A stretch of 64,000 bases of DNA from a virus. Taxonomy: Duplodnaviria; Caudoviricetes. Below the pieces are notes generated by a model. It saw only the letters and a program-made list of their open reading frames with translations, was not told the origin of the DNA and searched no databases. The stretch is from the IMG/VR virus record IMGVR_UViG_3300033463_000075, positions 1 through 64,000 of that record, one strand, 5' to 3'. The position numbers and the translations under genes are program-made. Below are positions 28,519 to 41,149 of this stretch, piece by piece; position 1 is the stretch's first letter, and every line of letters begins with the position of its first letter.

Positions 28519-31500
28519 TTATATTTTTGAAGATAATGTTAGGGTTATACCTTTTGATAGATAATCAGCATCAAGTTCAGATATTACAAATTTATTATTT
28601 ATATTATTATAGTCATATCAAGACAATGCTGACTTTAATGTTACGGTATCATCATTACTATTTAAATCAATTTGATTAGAGCTGTCTAAATCAGCTGAAT
28701 AGTAAAAAGCATGTGTTGTATCTATTGATCTAATTTTAGCTAAAATATCTGCTAAGCGTTTAACATCATCATCTCCAGCATAAGCCAATTTTGGATTGAT
28801 GCCCTTAACTGTTTTTAATATATCAAATATTAGTGCATAAGCAACAACAGCATCTGTTGGTTGACAAATACTTATATTACAATCTTCTGTAAATTTTATC
28901 ATATTAATTCCAGGCTTCAAGTAATAAAAGTCGCCTATGCTGCTCTCTATATGATAATTAGGCCACCACGTTTCTACAGCTGTTTCTTCTCCAGTTTCAG
29001 GATCTGTCTCATACAGATTATAAATTACTAGTGGTTTTGTTGATGTAGTAGTAATATAACAGTTATTAGTTATATCTGTATCTGATGGTGCAGTATTATA
29101 GATCATCATTAAACCATAGTTAGTCTCAGAAACATCTCGTATATTTAATTGTCTGCTATCAGGTTGACCACCTTTATTAATAGTTAATATAAGTTTAGTT
29201 AAGTTAGTACCATAGTTATTTACTTCAGCTTCTTGAATAGCCTGACTATCCAATGTCTTTTTTCTAATCTTAAAATCACTTACTTTAGTTTCTGTGCCAT
29301 TAGTAGTAAGTTCCCTGTTGCGTGTATCAACATAACTGTTAGCAGTATTACATATATAGTCAGCATTAAGAACAAGTGGATTTGTATCATTACCAGCTAA
29401 TTCTGTAGGTGTATCTACATCTATTTCTTTTTCTTTTCCAGTTTCAGGATCTATTTCTTTTTCTTTATAATAAATAGATATACTATCAAAATTATGTAAA
29501 TATTGATCAATAGCCGGCCCCATATTTATTTGTAATATACTGCGGGCTTCTCATGATATATCAGTCATATTAAAAGTGGATAATGGGGTATCCTCACTAT
29601 CTTTATATTTGTAAGAGGCACTTTTAATTGGTGTAAATGTTTGAGTTAAGCTATTAGCACCAAGGTTTGTAAATTCAATAGCAGTAAGTGCATCACCTTC
29701 ACCTAATGTAATATATTGATATTCATTTAGCGTTAAGTAGTCTGAGTCAACTGTTTGATCATCGCTATGCACAAAAGTATATTGTCGTCATGGAATAGCT
29801 GCAGATAAGCCTTGCTCTAATATCTCTTCGGCACTGATTTCAGTATCAGATAATTCTTTATAAATAGGCTGAACGCCATAGTGCACAATTTGAGTGCCGC
29901 TGCTGTATACTACAAAATCAGTCTTATTAATGTCTGTATAACATAGATATTCGCCATCCTTAAGAGTATAAGCTCTACCATTATCTTCATCAAATGTAAA
30001 TATAATTCTATTATTGTTGTCTACATGTGAAGCCTCATCGTTTCTATGTCAATATAAGAAAGTATATGCTTTGTCTAAATCTACTAATGACTTATTTATA
30101 ACTTCAATTTGGTCATTGGCACCCAATGAATACATTTTTTCTAATGTTTGTTTACCACTTGGAGCATCATTAAATGGACCTATATTTTGAGCATTTACCT
30201 TAGTGCTGCCTGTTTGATTATATAAATCAAAATTAGGTCTAATAATAAGGTTATCATTAGCATCATAATATTCATATTTAATATCAGATGTTGTTGTGCC
30301 ATCAGAATCTGTCGTTGTAGTTGTATATTTAATATATAGCTCATCATCGCCTTGTAGCTTGTAGACTGTACCAGCAGAACATACAAGTGCTCCTTCATTC
30401 ACACGTGTAGTTCTAAAGAAATACCAAACATAAGCAGAATATGTTTTACTTGTTCTAAAGTTTGGAGCTCTAAATTGTATTAGCTCATTTTGTTTTAATT
30501 CTAGTGGTAATGTAATAGCACCTTCTCCGCTAAACTTTGGAGTAAAAGCTGATGTTAAGTGGTCAATAATATAAGCTGGATTTACAACATTAGGATAAAT
30601 AGCTGTTGTATTAATATTATAACTATAAGCAAAGTCATCATTATAAGCTAATAGTGGTATTCTGCCAGCTAAAACGTTATTTAATACTAAAGCATTATAA
30701 GTTTTGTCATATTGCTCTTTATTGTTAACTTCAGTAAGTTCTGTTCCATTTACTAAACAAAAAGCGGTAATTAATTTAGGGTCATCTGACCAGTATACAT
30801 CTTTAATTCTGCTATCAGCATTTTTAATGCACTCAAGCATAACTTCCATTGGTATTTGTTCGCCAAATTCAAGCATTCTCATATTAAATTCTGCATATAG
30901 AGCTTTATATACATTATTTAATATTAGTTGCTCTTCTATACTATTTACTTTTCTTATAGTAACAATTTTAGCATTAAGTCTAACATAGTTTTTAATACAA
31001 GCTATATCAGTAGAATCTGGTTCAATAATATTATGAGCAATAGTTTTATTTGCAGCTAAGTTAGCCTTAATTTCATAGTTATTAATAGCTGTATACTTAA
31101 AAGAATTCAAGTAGTCATCTTTCTTACCTAGATTAAAGTATGTTTTGAATGGGTAAAGCACTAAATCAAAACTATTTATTAAAGGCACTATTTCTTTATT
31201 AGCATTTTCTGCTTCTTTAGCTATGTTTTGATAACACATACCATATTCACTGAATGTACATAATGTAACAGCCTTATTTATATCATCTCTAATATCTGAT
31301 ACAATAATATTAGATACAAGTGGCGTTGTATCTGTATCACTTGTAACCATCTGATAAATCTTATTCATATAATCTCTGCAAGTGACTAAAGTATCAAATG
31401 TGCCAATAGTCTTTTTATAGCTATTATAAGCTTGATTAATCGTCTCAGGATTTGCACCATTTGTAGCAGCTGCAGTGTTTGATACACTATAATCTGAAGT

Positions 31501-32355
31501 AGTGTCTGTATCTGACCAGCTTTCTGGTTTCTCTAGTTTTGTTAAAACACCAGCAGAAATATTACCATTTACCCCATTTGTTCGTGTGTATCTTATATAT
31601 AAGCCATCTTCTATAATATCATTTATATCTTCAGGAAATTGGATATATGGCATTTGTTTAGATGAGCTATATCCAAACTTATATATTTTTTTATCTAGTG
31701 GTTGAGTATTTAAGTTATCAACACATTCCCATAACTCACTTAAAAAGCCATCACTATAATTTTGAACAAATATACCATTTTCAGCAATTTTATCTTCTGG
31801 TAAGTAATATCTGTAATTATCATCTAATAGGGCAACAGAAATAATGTTGTCATCATCTGACTCGCATTCGCAAAGTTCACCTTCCATAACTTCTACAGCT
31901 TTTGATGTTTGCTCTGTTGTTAATGTGATTGGTGCAAGTGTAAAATAGTTTATATCATCTTCATTATTTTTAATATTCGTAAAAGCATCAATAGTTTTAC
32001 CACTACTTGGAAGTGCCCCTTCACCTTTATATGAGATATTAACTGTTGTAGTGGCTGATTGATAATATTTCATAGTATAACCAAGCATATCACAAAGTCT
32101 TCTCATAGATTCCTCTTGTGTAGCTGATGGCATATAGGCTTCAAGTATATTTTTATCAATATTATAATTAAGTTTATCGCCCAAAGCTGCTAAAACTTTT
32201 AATAATACAATACCAGGGTCAGCTTCATTTGTTGAAGTTGGATCTCATCTATTTGATATTTTGCCAGCTGTATCTAAAAGCTCATTCCATATTTGGTAAA
32301 AGTCTTTCTTTGTTGGTGATAAATCTACAGCAGTTATTTCCTTGTTAGTAATCAT
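28519..32355 (-). CDS. large baseplate wedge protein (T4 gp6 / baseplate J-like), 1278 aa with TGA=Trp
   Basis: Three track ORFs join in frame; N-terminus KDFYQIW...WDPTSTNEADPGIVLL...LNYNID, ATNGANPET, TLVTCRDY. Confidence 0.8.
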
Positions 32356-32364
32356 TTATTACTC

Positions 32365-32757
32365 CTATCTTATATTATCATTTTGTTCAAATAGCACTAA
32401 GTTAAAAGTATTAGTTTGATAGTCTATTTGATTAATTGCTCTAAAATTACAATATAGCACACCCTTTTCTTTATCTTGCACGATTTCAATATTAGCTCTT
32501 TCTACTTTTATTTGAGGCACAAAAATTGCAAGCTGTGTATAAATCATATCTGCGATGGTATCTCTAAGTATTGGGCTGTTTTGATTAAATAGATAATACT
32601 TAAAAAGCAAGCCTCAATATGGGTCGCAAAAAAGTTCTCCACGTTCTGTACTCAATGTTAAAATAGTATTTTGTTTAGTAGCAGCTAGATATTCACTGCT
32701 CTTTCAAACTCGTGTGCTATTTGTATTAAACATTTTTGGAAACTTAATTGATTGCAT
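32365..32757 (-). CDS. baseplate gp25-like protein (130 aa, two TGA=Trp)
   Basis: LSTERGELFCDPYWG motif; late promoter at 32782. Confidence 0.8.
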
Positions 32758-32816
32758 TTTATACTTCCTTACTAAACTATATAATTTAGCAATTTATTTA
32801 TATAAATTTAATAAAT

Positions 32817-33587
32817 TTATTCTTCTGTTTTTTTAGTATATTCTATTGTAACATATATAGCTGCTACTCTTCCTTCAGATCCATTTCCATAAGTTATTAA
32901 TTTGCTATCAGTATTATCAGTATGATAAATTACAGAAAAGTATTCGCCACTATTAGCGTAACCATGATTTACAATATATCCATTTGTTGTTTTATAAAAA
33001 GTATGTGTAGGTTCAATTAAAACAGTATCTGGATTTAAGTCTACAATACTCTTTTCTTGATTAGCAGAATAATTTGTGCAAGCAATTTGAATTGTGCGTC
33101 TATATAATTTTTTTCCATCCAATCAAGTTCCAACTACTTCATCATCAGCAGAGTAGAGAGTAGTAGAAGGCTCTGTTGAAAGTTTTTGTAATTGTGCTAC
33201 TATATCCGATAATGTTCTGTAGCTATTTATATCTCCTTCTAATAGTTTATTAGATTTTTTATTTGCTATTATTTTTGTTTCAAGTGGTATTGATAGCTCC
33301 TTAGCACTTATACTAAAGCAGTTAAGCATACCTTTTGGATCTGTATTTTCAGTAGCATTATCAATGTAAAGCTTTCCAATTACTACAGGGCTATTTAATT
33401 GATTATCTTCAAAAGCAACATAGACAATATCATTTATTTTATAGCTATTGTAAAGCCCTGGTATTGTAGAAATTGTAGCCTCGTTAATAACTGCACTAGT
33501 GCTTCCAGCTTGTTCAAAAATTGGTAAGCGTACTTGACAGATATTTGTATTATAATCTATATTTACTATTATTCCTTTTGTTATCAT
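32817..33587 (-). CDS. baseplate spike (gp5/gpV OB-fold) with C-terminal fibre-like domain (256 aa)
   Basis: Two track ORFs fuse at TGA 33123 giving DEVVGTWLDGKKLYRR; N-terminal VRLP...PVVIG. Confidence 0.7.
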
Positions 33588-33595
33588 ATTGCACC

Positions 33596-34894
33596 TTAAT
33601 CAGCTATACGTGTTAAACCTAATGTAGTTCTATAGCCACTTTCACTAATGTCATCTTTTTGGCTTGTTATTAAGTATAAACCAGATGTTATATGTTTTTG
33701 TCCACCTGGAAAAATAACATTAAGCCTAACGTATGTCATAAGTGTGGCAGGTCTTAGCAAACCTTGAATTGTTACTGAAGCACTAATTGGATACTGTGTC
33801 ATTCTTGACCATCATACTGCATCATTAATTTTTGTAGCATGTAATTCATTTTTTGAGGAAATTACTGGTGCATATTCATCTTCCCAGATGCCTTTATTGT
33901 TTAAGCGTCTAACATAGCTCTCAGGGTTAATTTCATTTTGATAGTTGTAATATAATGAATAATTCTCTTGGTCATTTACACTAAAGTTAGTTACTACAGT
34001 AGATGACATAGTTCCAATATCTATTTCATAAGCTTCTGCCTGTTTCTTAGCGCTTGTTACTCTTGTGACTTTAAAATATGGTCCACTTAGGTCTGACATA
34101 TCACTATATAACTTATCATAAATTGATTCATCATGTATGGTTAATAAATAAATGTCTCTATAGCTATTTCCCTCTGAGGCACTTGCTGGCACCATGCAAT
34201 TTACTAAATAAGTTATATAGTCTATTGGTGTAATATTAGTTTTTGTATCAAGCTGAACATATTTATCACTACCATCTATCAGTGTGCTTAATCTATCAAC
34301 TGACATGCCTGAAAATAAATTTTGTAAACCGTAATGTGAATTAGAAAATACACGCTTTATTTCGTCACTTGGTTTTTCAAGTTTACCTTTTATATGATTA
34401 AAGGTATAGCTACCTTGTTGACCCAAGCTTGCTTTTGATACAGCAGACACTGTGTATGTTATAACAGAGTTCATAGCCCCGCCATTTCCAAAGCTAAAGC
34501 CTTGTTTAACATCAGTAATAATAGCTTCTTCATCTTTATAAACATAACTTGGCATAGATGCATCTCCATAGCTAAAAGTTATAGCACGAGTATTGCTCAC
34601 AGATGAAAATACCTTTTCAAAAAAGTTAGGATCGTCTCCAACTCTAACCGGATAGTTTATAGTTAATGTATATTGGTTTACTTGACCATTTATTTTATTA
34701 ATAGATAAGCTTTTTATATAATTAGGAAATTGAACATTATAAGCACTATAAAAGCCTGTGCTTGTTTCTTTATTTATTGCAGATTTGCTAAAGACACCAA
34801 AAGTAAAGCTACCAATAGTAACCTTAACTCAAGGAGCTTGAATACGCGCATTACTTGATAATAAGCTACGTCTATTTCCAGCTGTATCTATCAT
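33596..34894 (-). CDS. baseplate hub protein (gp27/late control D-like), 432 aa with TGA=Trp
   Basis: In-frame join; C-terminal ASVTIQG...SGLYLIT...ISESGYRTTL. Confidence 0.7.
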
Positions 34895-35220
34895 TATCTA
34901 AGGTCTCCAAAACTAATAGAAGATATACTTGGTATTTTTATAATATCAAATTTATTCTTAAGGGGTACTAGTGAATCTTGAATATCATTAAAATAAGCAA
35001 TAATTCACCAATATGTTGGGTTATTATAATATTTTAAGGCTAGGCTATCTAGTGTATCTTCTTGCACAACTTTGTGTGCAACCCAAGGTGTATCCTTATC
35101 TAAATTTTGTCCAATACCAAAAATATCTTTTTCATCTTGTTTGTTGTAATAATAAGGCACACCAGTATATCGGCATACATAATCAAAACTATTATATCTT
35201 TTATTTGTTAATACATCCAT
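34894..35220 (-). CDS. LysM/tail X (gp53-like) baseplate protein, 108 aa
   Basis: EDTLDSLALKYYNNPTYWWIIAYFN with the second Trp from TGA. Confidence 0.8.
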
Positions 35221-35250
35221 AGTTTGTTCCTCGTCGCATTATAAGCCCAA

Positions 35251-35832
35251 TTAAGAGACATTCATCCCATTCTCAAGCGTTTTTACTATTCCTCTGAAAC
35301 CGCCAGATTTATAGACCTCTGATGCATCATATGGATCTACCTCTGATATTACTAATTGTAAAGAAACTTGTGCATATTTATTATTAGACAAAATAGGCTT
35401 TTGGAAAGTTAAACCAATGCTGCTATTTAAAATACCTTTAATAAATATTTCTTCACCAATTCTTAAAGCTAACAAAGGTGGCTCTACAGCTTTATTGTTT
35501 AAATTATATTTTGGTACAACAATAGCTCTTAATGCATTAATTAAGTTATCTATATAATCTTCACCTGCAGCTAATTTTACATTGCTGTTTCCAATATTTA
35601 CATCATCCATCATGTCTCTGTGCAAATTAAGTGTTATTTGTACAGTTCTTGGACCTGAGTTGCTATATGTATAGACTGGTGCTGATCTGCCTAGTGCACT
35701 TGTTGCTTGGAAAGTCGAGCCCATTGAGTCTGTAATACTATCTGGGTATGTTGGTATAACTCAATATTGTAAACCCTCGTCTAAATGCGAAATATATAAA
35801 TAATTATCTGGAAGTGGGTAATTTCTTTCCAT
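35251..35832 (-). CDS. tail tube initiator / CIS tube-like protein (193 aa, TGA=Trp)
   Basis: LGRSAPVYTYSNSGPRT motif; position after tape measure. Confidence 0.65.
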
Positions 35833-37229
35833 TAGCTATCTCCTTTATCACTTTTATAAATATTTGTATATAAGTCTTCGCTAGCTATAGTATGTCAATT
35901 ATTATTAGCATTACCTATTTGTTTATTTTTAAATAAAGTTTCAACATCTTTATCTATATATCCAAGTATATCATAATTGTTGCTAGTTGTATTATTTATA
36001 TTTGCAGTATTCATATAGCTATAAATAATTGGCATCATGGTGTTACTTCAAATGCCTTTATATGGGCTTGTTAATAAATTATTTATTTCTAAAACTTTTT
36101 GAGCACGTTCTATATTATCTGGTAACTTATCAAGCGGTGTAATAGCATTACCAATTAGGTATTCTATCAAACGGTCAGCAAATGGGTAGCTCTCAGTAGT
36201 ATTTAGTTCAAGTAATTGTAATGATGTTATATATTTATAGTTAGCATTCTCATTTAAATATGGCTTCTCGATATTATTTATCGCATAATTTGGGTAAGAT
36301 TTGTACTTATTTTTAGACACATTTATTGTATCATTTCAACCAATATAATTGCCTTCTAAAATAGTAATACTTGAATTTACACCTACAGGCACTTTAATAA
36401 ACATTTTTAAGTTTAGCTCATTTTGAGCTAAGTTATTTAAGAATGTATCCCTATCTTCCACATTCTTAGTAAGTAAATCTATAGTAGCAAGGTTATCATA
36501 TAAAAATGGTCTATTAAAGTTTGTGCTATTTAATTTTACATAAGTTGTAGCTGGCAAGTCTTTTAAGGCTTGATTTGTGCCTTGATATTTACCATATATT
36601 CCGCAGCATATTTCAATAGCCAAGTCAGAGTCAATAGCTATTGTATATTCTTTAAATAGTTTTATTGGTAGCATATAAATCTTATACTTAGTATCAGATC
36701 CGCTGAAGGTACTTATACTGATATTATTTTTTATTATATTCAATGATAAATTACTACAAATTCTGTTACTAAAGCAATTATATAATGGCATTAAATTTAT
36801 ATGATTATAATCTCTTTGAAAGCGTAAGTAATCACCTAAGTATTCATGTGTATATGAATCATATATATTATTTTTTATTTCAAGGTTCTTTGTATAATTT
36901 GGCATGCGCTCATTATATTCATAAAAATGTGTATGAGTTGATAGCTTTTTACTACTTCAGCCCTTTGGCACCCACTCTCAATTATTAGCAGAGGTCTCTC
37001 TATACTCTTCTATACGCCCATTTCTTATATAAGGCACATACATTAAGACTTCATTAGCTTTATTCACATCATCTTTTGTAGTTAGGCCACTATCCCCAAT
37101 TTTATGATATACTAATGTTTTTATTGGTGGCTCATTTTCAACAAATACTCTAACTTTTGGCAAATTAAAAGAATGAAGTAATTGTTTTATGTAGCCTGTT
37201 AATATATGGTTGCTATTAAATTTAAACAT
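35832..37229 (-). CDS. hypothetical tail-associated protein (465 aa, several TGA=Trp)
   Basis: Three track ORFs join in frame to TAA at 35832. Confidence 0.65.
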
Positions 37230-37243
37230 GTTAAATACCTCTA

Positions 37244-39202
37244 TTATACATTATTTATTCTTCAGCCTACTGTTTGTGCCATTGATAATATATTTTTGAT
37301 GTCATCAATTAATTCATGAACAGACCATATACTATCATTAATAGTTTTTGCGGTTATTTCAGCTTCATCTGGATTTTCACCAGTAAGCTCAAGTTTTTTC
37401 TCTTCAGCGGCACCAAATGTTGCAGCTTCAACTTCACCGCCACCGCCACCTATATAGACACTACCAGAAGTGCCTGATCCCAATACAGATACTGAACCGC
37501 CAGATAGTCCTAAAGCATTAAGAATTTGTTTTCCAGAAACACCACCCATGCCTGCGCCAGACGTTCCAGCTCCAAGCATAGTTGCTACACCTTGCAATAA
37601 GCTAGCACTCATTGCACCAGCTTGCATTATTTGTGCAACAGTTGTTTTTAGATCAACACCACTACCTAAAGCATATACTGTAGGAATTGCAATACCGCCT
37701 ACCAAATCTTGTAGCATATTTGCTGCCATCATTGTAGCATATAAAGCTGGATTATTAGCAAGCCCTGCTGAGATAGTGTAGGAAAAGTTTTCTTTAGCAG
37801 TGCTCATTAGCTCACCAATGCTAGTTCTGCCATACATACTGCCTGCCATTTTATAAAGGTTGTCAATAAAACCACCATAATTACCAGTAGTTTTTCTAGT
37901 GCCAGATAATTGGGAAGCACTAATATTACCAATAGCTTTTAAGTCAGAGGCTGATAAGCCAAATACTTTAGCTAATTGTTGACGAGTAACTAAACTAGAT
38001 GATGAGCCATTTAATTCAGCTAAATAACCAACAACATTTTCAAGCAATAGGTTAGTATCATCGGCACTTAAGCTATTATTTAAAATATCACCTAAAGATA
38101 AACCTGCTCTATTTGCAGCCATAATTAGTAGATTTGTAGCTCCACCACCGGTTAGACCTGAAATATCACCAGCAGATAGTTTACCCAAAGCACTAGCAAT
38201 TCCTTGAACACCCTCTTGAGACATACCTACAGAATACATAGAGCCCATTCATTTTTGAACTTGGAATTCAAAGGCAGTAGCTTGCGTAGCTCCCATTAAA
38301 GCTGAAGCTTCGTAGATGCTTGATCTAATATTAGCAGCAGCGTCTGTCATGTATTCAGTAGTAGAGTACATAGAGTTCAAGAACTCATTTAATGCAGCTT
38401 CCATACCTAAACGGCCAGCTGTTGTATCTGCTTGTTGTATACGAATTAACTTAATTAAGCTCGAATCAAAAGAATTAAAAGTAGTTGCAATTTTATCTTT
38501 TAATGTTTCCATTGCAGCTCTTTGCTCAACATTAAATGCAATACCTTTACTAACCATAGTAGAGATATTATTCATAAATGTTTCTTGTGAAATAAGAGGA
38601 GAAACTCCAGCTAAGCCAGTAATATCTTTACTAAAGTTTCTAAAATAAGAACCCATAAAGGTCTTATTATTAGTAGAACCATATAAACGTGTATCTATAG
38701 CTGATTGATACTTGGCTATTTGGTCGGCTTTACTCATTACTTGTTTAGACATATCAGCTATGCTATTAACAAGTGATGTTAGACCAATAGTTAAAGCATC
38801 TTTGGTGCCATAGGTATCTACATAAGCTTTAGCTTTTGAAAGCTTACCATCTAAGCCACGTTCTTTTAAATCATCAAGTTTATCTTGAAGGTCTTGTGCT
38901 TTTTTAATATTTTCTTGTGCTTGCTTAGTTTTAGCAGTTAACTTGTCAAGTTCTTTATTTAGTTTGTCTACTTCTTTTTTGTCTTTAGCAGCTTTAGCAT
39001 CAGCTATTTGCTGTTCTAATTTTAGACGCTTTTTAAATGAGTTTTGTTCTATTTTGTATTGTTTTTGAGCAGTTTCATAGTTTATTTTTTCTCTTTCCTT
39101 AGCAAGATCATTCTCAAGCTTTTTACGAGCTTCAGATTCTTCTGTAAGGCTTTTTCCTAAATACTTTGTAAGTTCATTATACTGCTCTGAATAGTAACTC
39201 AT
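37244..39202 (-). CDS. tape measure protein (652 aa, two TGA=Trp)
   Basis: Coiled-coil N-terminus, Gly/Ala/Ser-rich body, follows the chaperone genes; ORFs fuse at TGA 38249. Confidence 0.75.
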
Positions 39203-39210
39203 TTTAACTC

Positions 39211-39441
39211 CTACTTATTACCTAAATTTTGTTGTTTAATCTGTTCTATACGCTTATTACTTTCTTCAAATTTTTTATTTATTTCATCTATCAAGTATAT
39301 TCTTTCTTGGTAAGATATATCTAATACATCTGTATAACTCATATGTAAGTTATCACTTATGAATCAGCATTCTTTTAATATTTCACGGTATCTCTTTGGC
39401 CCATATGCTTTACCATCTTTAGATATTTGTGGGTCTAAAAA
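39211..39441 (-). CDS. tail assembly chaperone extension (GT-like/gp51-like) in the +1 frame, one TGA=Trp
   Basis: ...RYREILKECWFISDNLHMSYTDVLDISYQERIYLIDEINK...; no ATG with RBS, overlaps UUU UUU at end of upstream gene. Confidence 0.6.
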
Positions 39442-40189
39442 ACTCGGGCCCGAAGCGAAAAAATGTTTTGAATTCTTCGCCACATTCTTTACAAGTTAAT
39501 GTAACAGATGTGTCTAAGCCGAAACAAGTATTTAGCTTATCAACAGTATTTAGTATCTTTAGCATATCCATAGCAGGTAAGCTATTAATAAATGTTTCTA
39601 ACTTGCTTGAATTTAGCTTTTCTCCATCAACTAGATCAATAGTTGCAAGCATTTTAGCCATAGGCTCAAAGTCAATTTCGGCATCTTTAAATCTAGCTTT
39701 AAATTCTTTAACCTTAATAGCTTGCTCATCAAGCATTCTTGGTGTTTGACACTTAAGTGTTACTATATGACCACTTTTTGGTAAGGTAAGCTGTTTTAAT
39801 TCATTGTACTCAGCTATATCAAAGTCCTTTAGTGTAAGTTCTTCAAGGTGGGCTTCACCCTCAATTAATGACCCACAATTAGTGCAAATAGCTGACATCT
39901 TATATAAATCGCCATAAGATACAATTCTTAGCTTATGTAATAAAAATTCATAATCAGCTAAAGCCATATCATAAACATGCACTTTTGGCTTTTCTATCAT
40001 GCAACCTTCAATAATATCAGCTAATAGCTTATATGGCATTGTAGATGGGCCAGTTCTTTTCATTTCATCCCTAGCAGTCATGCTTCTTAACTCAACGTGG
40101 CTATCTACAGGTACATCATAGATTAAACCTTTTGAAGGTAGCTCATAGCCTTCTGCAATAGTATAATTTTGTTGTCTTTCCATTTCCAT
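39419..40189 (-). CDS. tail/baseplate assembly chaperone (T4 gp26-like)
   Basis: YELPSKG, MTARDE, CTNC/CKEC zinc pairs, terminal FF motif; precedes tape measure. Confidence 0.75.
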   Translation of the reverse strand: MEMERQQNYTIAEGYELPSKGLIYDVPVDSHVELRSMTARDEMKRTGPSTMPYKLLADIIEGCMIEKPKVHVYDMALADYEFLLHKLRIVSYGDLYKMSAICTNCGSLIEGEAHLEELTLKDFDIAEYNELKQLTLPKSGHIVTLKCQTPRMLDEQAIKVKEFKARFKDAEIDFEPMAKMLATIDLVDGEKLNSSKLETFINSLPAMDMLKILNTVDKLNTCFGLDTSVTLTCKECGEEFKTFFRFGPEFFRPTNI

Positions 40190-40204
40190 ATTATATTCCT
40201 TTCC

Positions 40205-40375
40205 TTATTTAATATAATGTCTATTTTCTAAATAGTCTTCAAGAATCTCACGCATTAAAGCTGAGACAGTCTTTTGTCTTTCCTTTGCCAACCACTCTAA
40301 ACGTTGCTTAAGTGGTTTAGTTAATTCCAGTGATTGCATTACTTTGTCACTTCTATCTACTTTTTTTCTTCCCAT
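40205..40375 (-). CDS. ribbon-helix-helix (CopG-like) DNA-binding protein, 56 aa, not in ORF track
   Basis: MGRKKVDRSDKVMQSLELTKPLKQRLEWLAKERQKTVSALMREILEDYL. Confidence 0.7.
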   Translation of the reverse strand: MGRKKVDRSDKVMQSLELTKPLKQRLEWLAKERQKTVSALMREILEDYLENRHYIK

Positions 40376-40465
40376 GCTATTATATTCCTTTTACTAAGCA
40401 TTTTTTCGACTACTTAATTTAGCAAATAATATAAATAGATTTATTAAATTTATTTTAGATGCAAA

Positions 40466-40499
40466 TAAAAAATATCCATACAATTTTGTATGGATATTT
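40466..40499 (-). terminator. intrinsic terminator after tail tube gene
   Basis: Perfect 12-bp stem AATATCCATACA/TGTATGGATATT with tract. Confidence 0.8.
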
Positions 40500-40521
40500 C
40501 ATATAATTTTAATAGTTGTTA

Positions 40522-41130
40522 TTAGCCTTCAATTTGTTCTGGTAATACCATTACAGCTCTGTCATAAGCAAAGTTAACAGTAATTTGACGCTTACCATCT
40601 GAAGCTCTATCAAATGAATCTTCTGTTAAGCCTGTAATAAAGCAACCTTCAAGGTCCCAACGTCTAATTTCTTCATAGTCTTGTGTATACTCAATTAAGT
40701 GGCAAGTTTTCTTATAGTCTTTCATTCTTCCACCCTTACGTGTATATGGGTCATAAGCAAGACGTAGCCAAGCCATAAGTAATGACTTTGTATCTAATCC
40801 TACATAGTCATCAACTGTTAACGAACCATCACTGAATGTTGGAACACCTGCAAAATTGATAACGTCATTACCACGTCTATATTGTAGTTTTTCAACTGAA
40901 TAATGTGGAACGTCAGCTTTAGTAACTGCTAACTTAATATCTTCAAAAGCTTCTGAAGCAGCGTATTTATTAGCTTCTGTTGCATTAGCAGGATCTCCTG
41001 TATATGTAGGCTTTAATAGATTTCCTAATTCTTCTTGACTTACTGTGAATAGGAAGAAACCTGTTCTGGCTGATTCATAGGCAGCAAGATTTGCACTTAT
41101 GTGATCGACATTTAATCCATTTAAACTCAT
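40522..41130 (-). CDS. tail tube protein (T4 gp19-like)
   Basis: VINFAG...TVDDYVG...AWLRLAYDP, WDLEGCF; follows sheath; Trp are TGG only. Confidence 0.85.
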   Translation of the reverse strand: MSLNGLNVDHISANLAAYESARTGFFLFTVSQEELGNLLKPTYTGDPANATEANKYAASEAFEDIKLAVTKADVPHYSVEKLQYRRGNDVINFAGVPTFSDGSLTVDDYVGLDTKSLLMAWLRLAYDPYTRKGGRMKDYKKTCHLIEYTQDYEEIRRWDLEGCFITGLTEDSFDRASDGKRQITVNFAYDRAVMVLPEQIEG

Positions 41131-41149
41131 TGTTCTATTTCTCCTTTAC

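Noticed and set aside
38246-38251. TGA-ATG junctions (tape measure, GT8, LRR i) as stop-restart coupling between separate genes
   Set aside because: No RBS before the ATG, domains continue across the junction, and they read naturally as Trp-Met.
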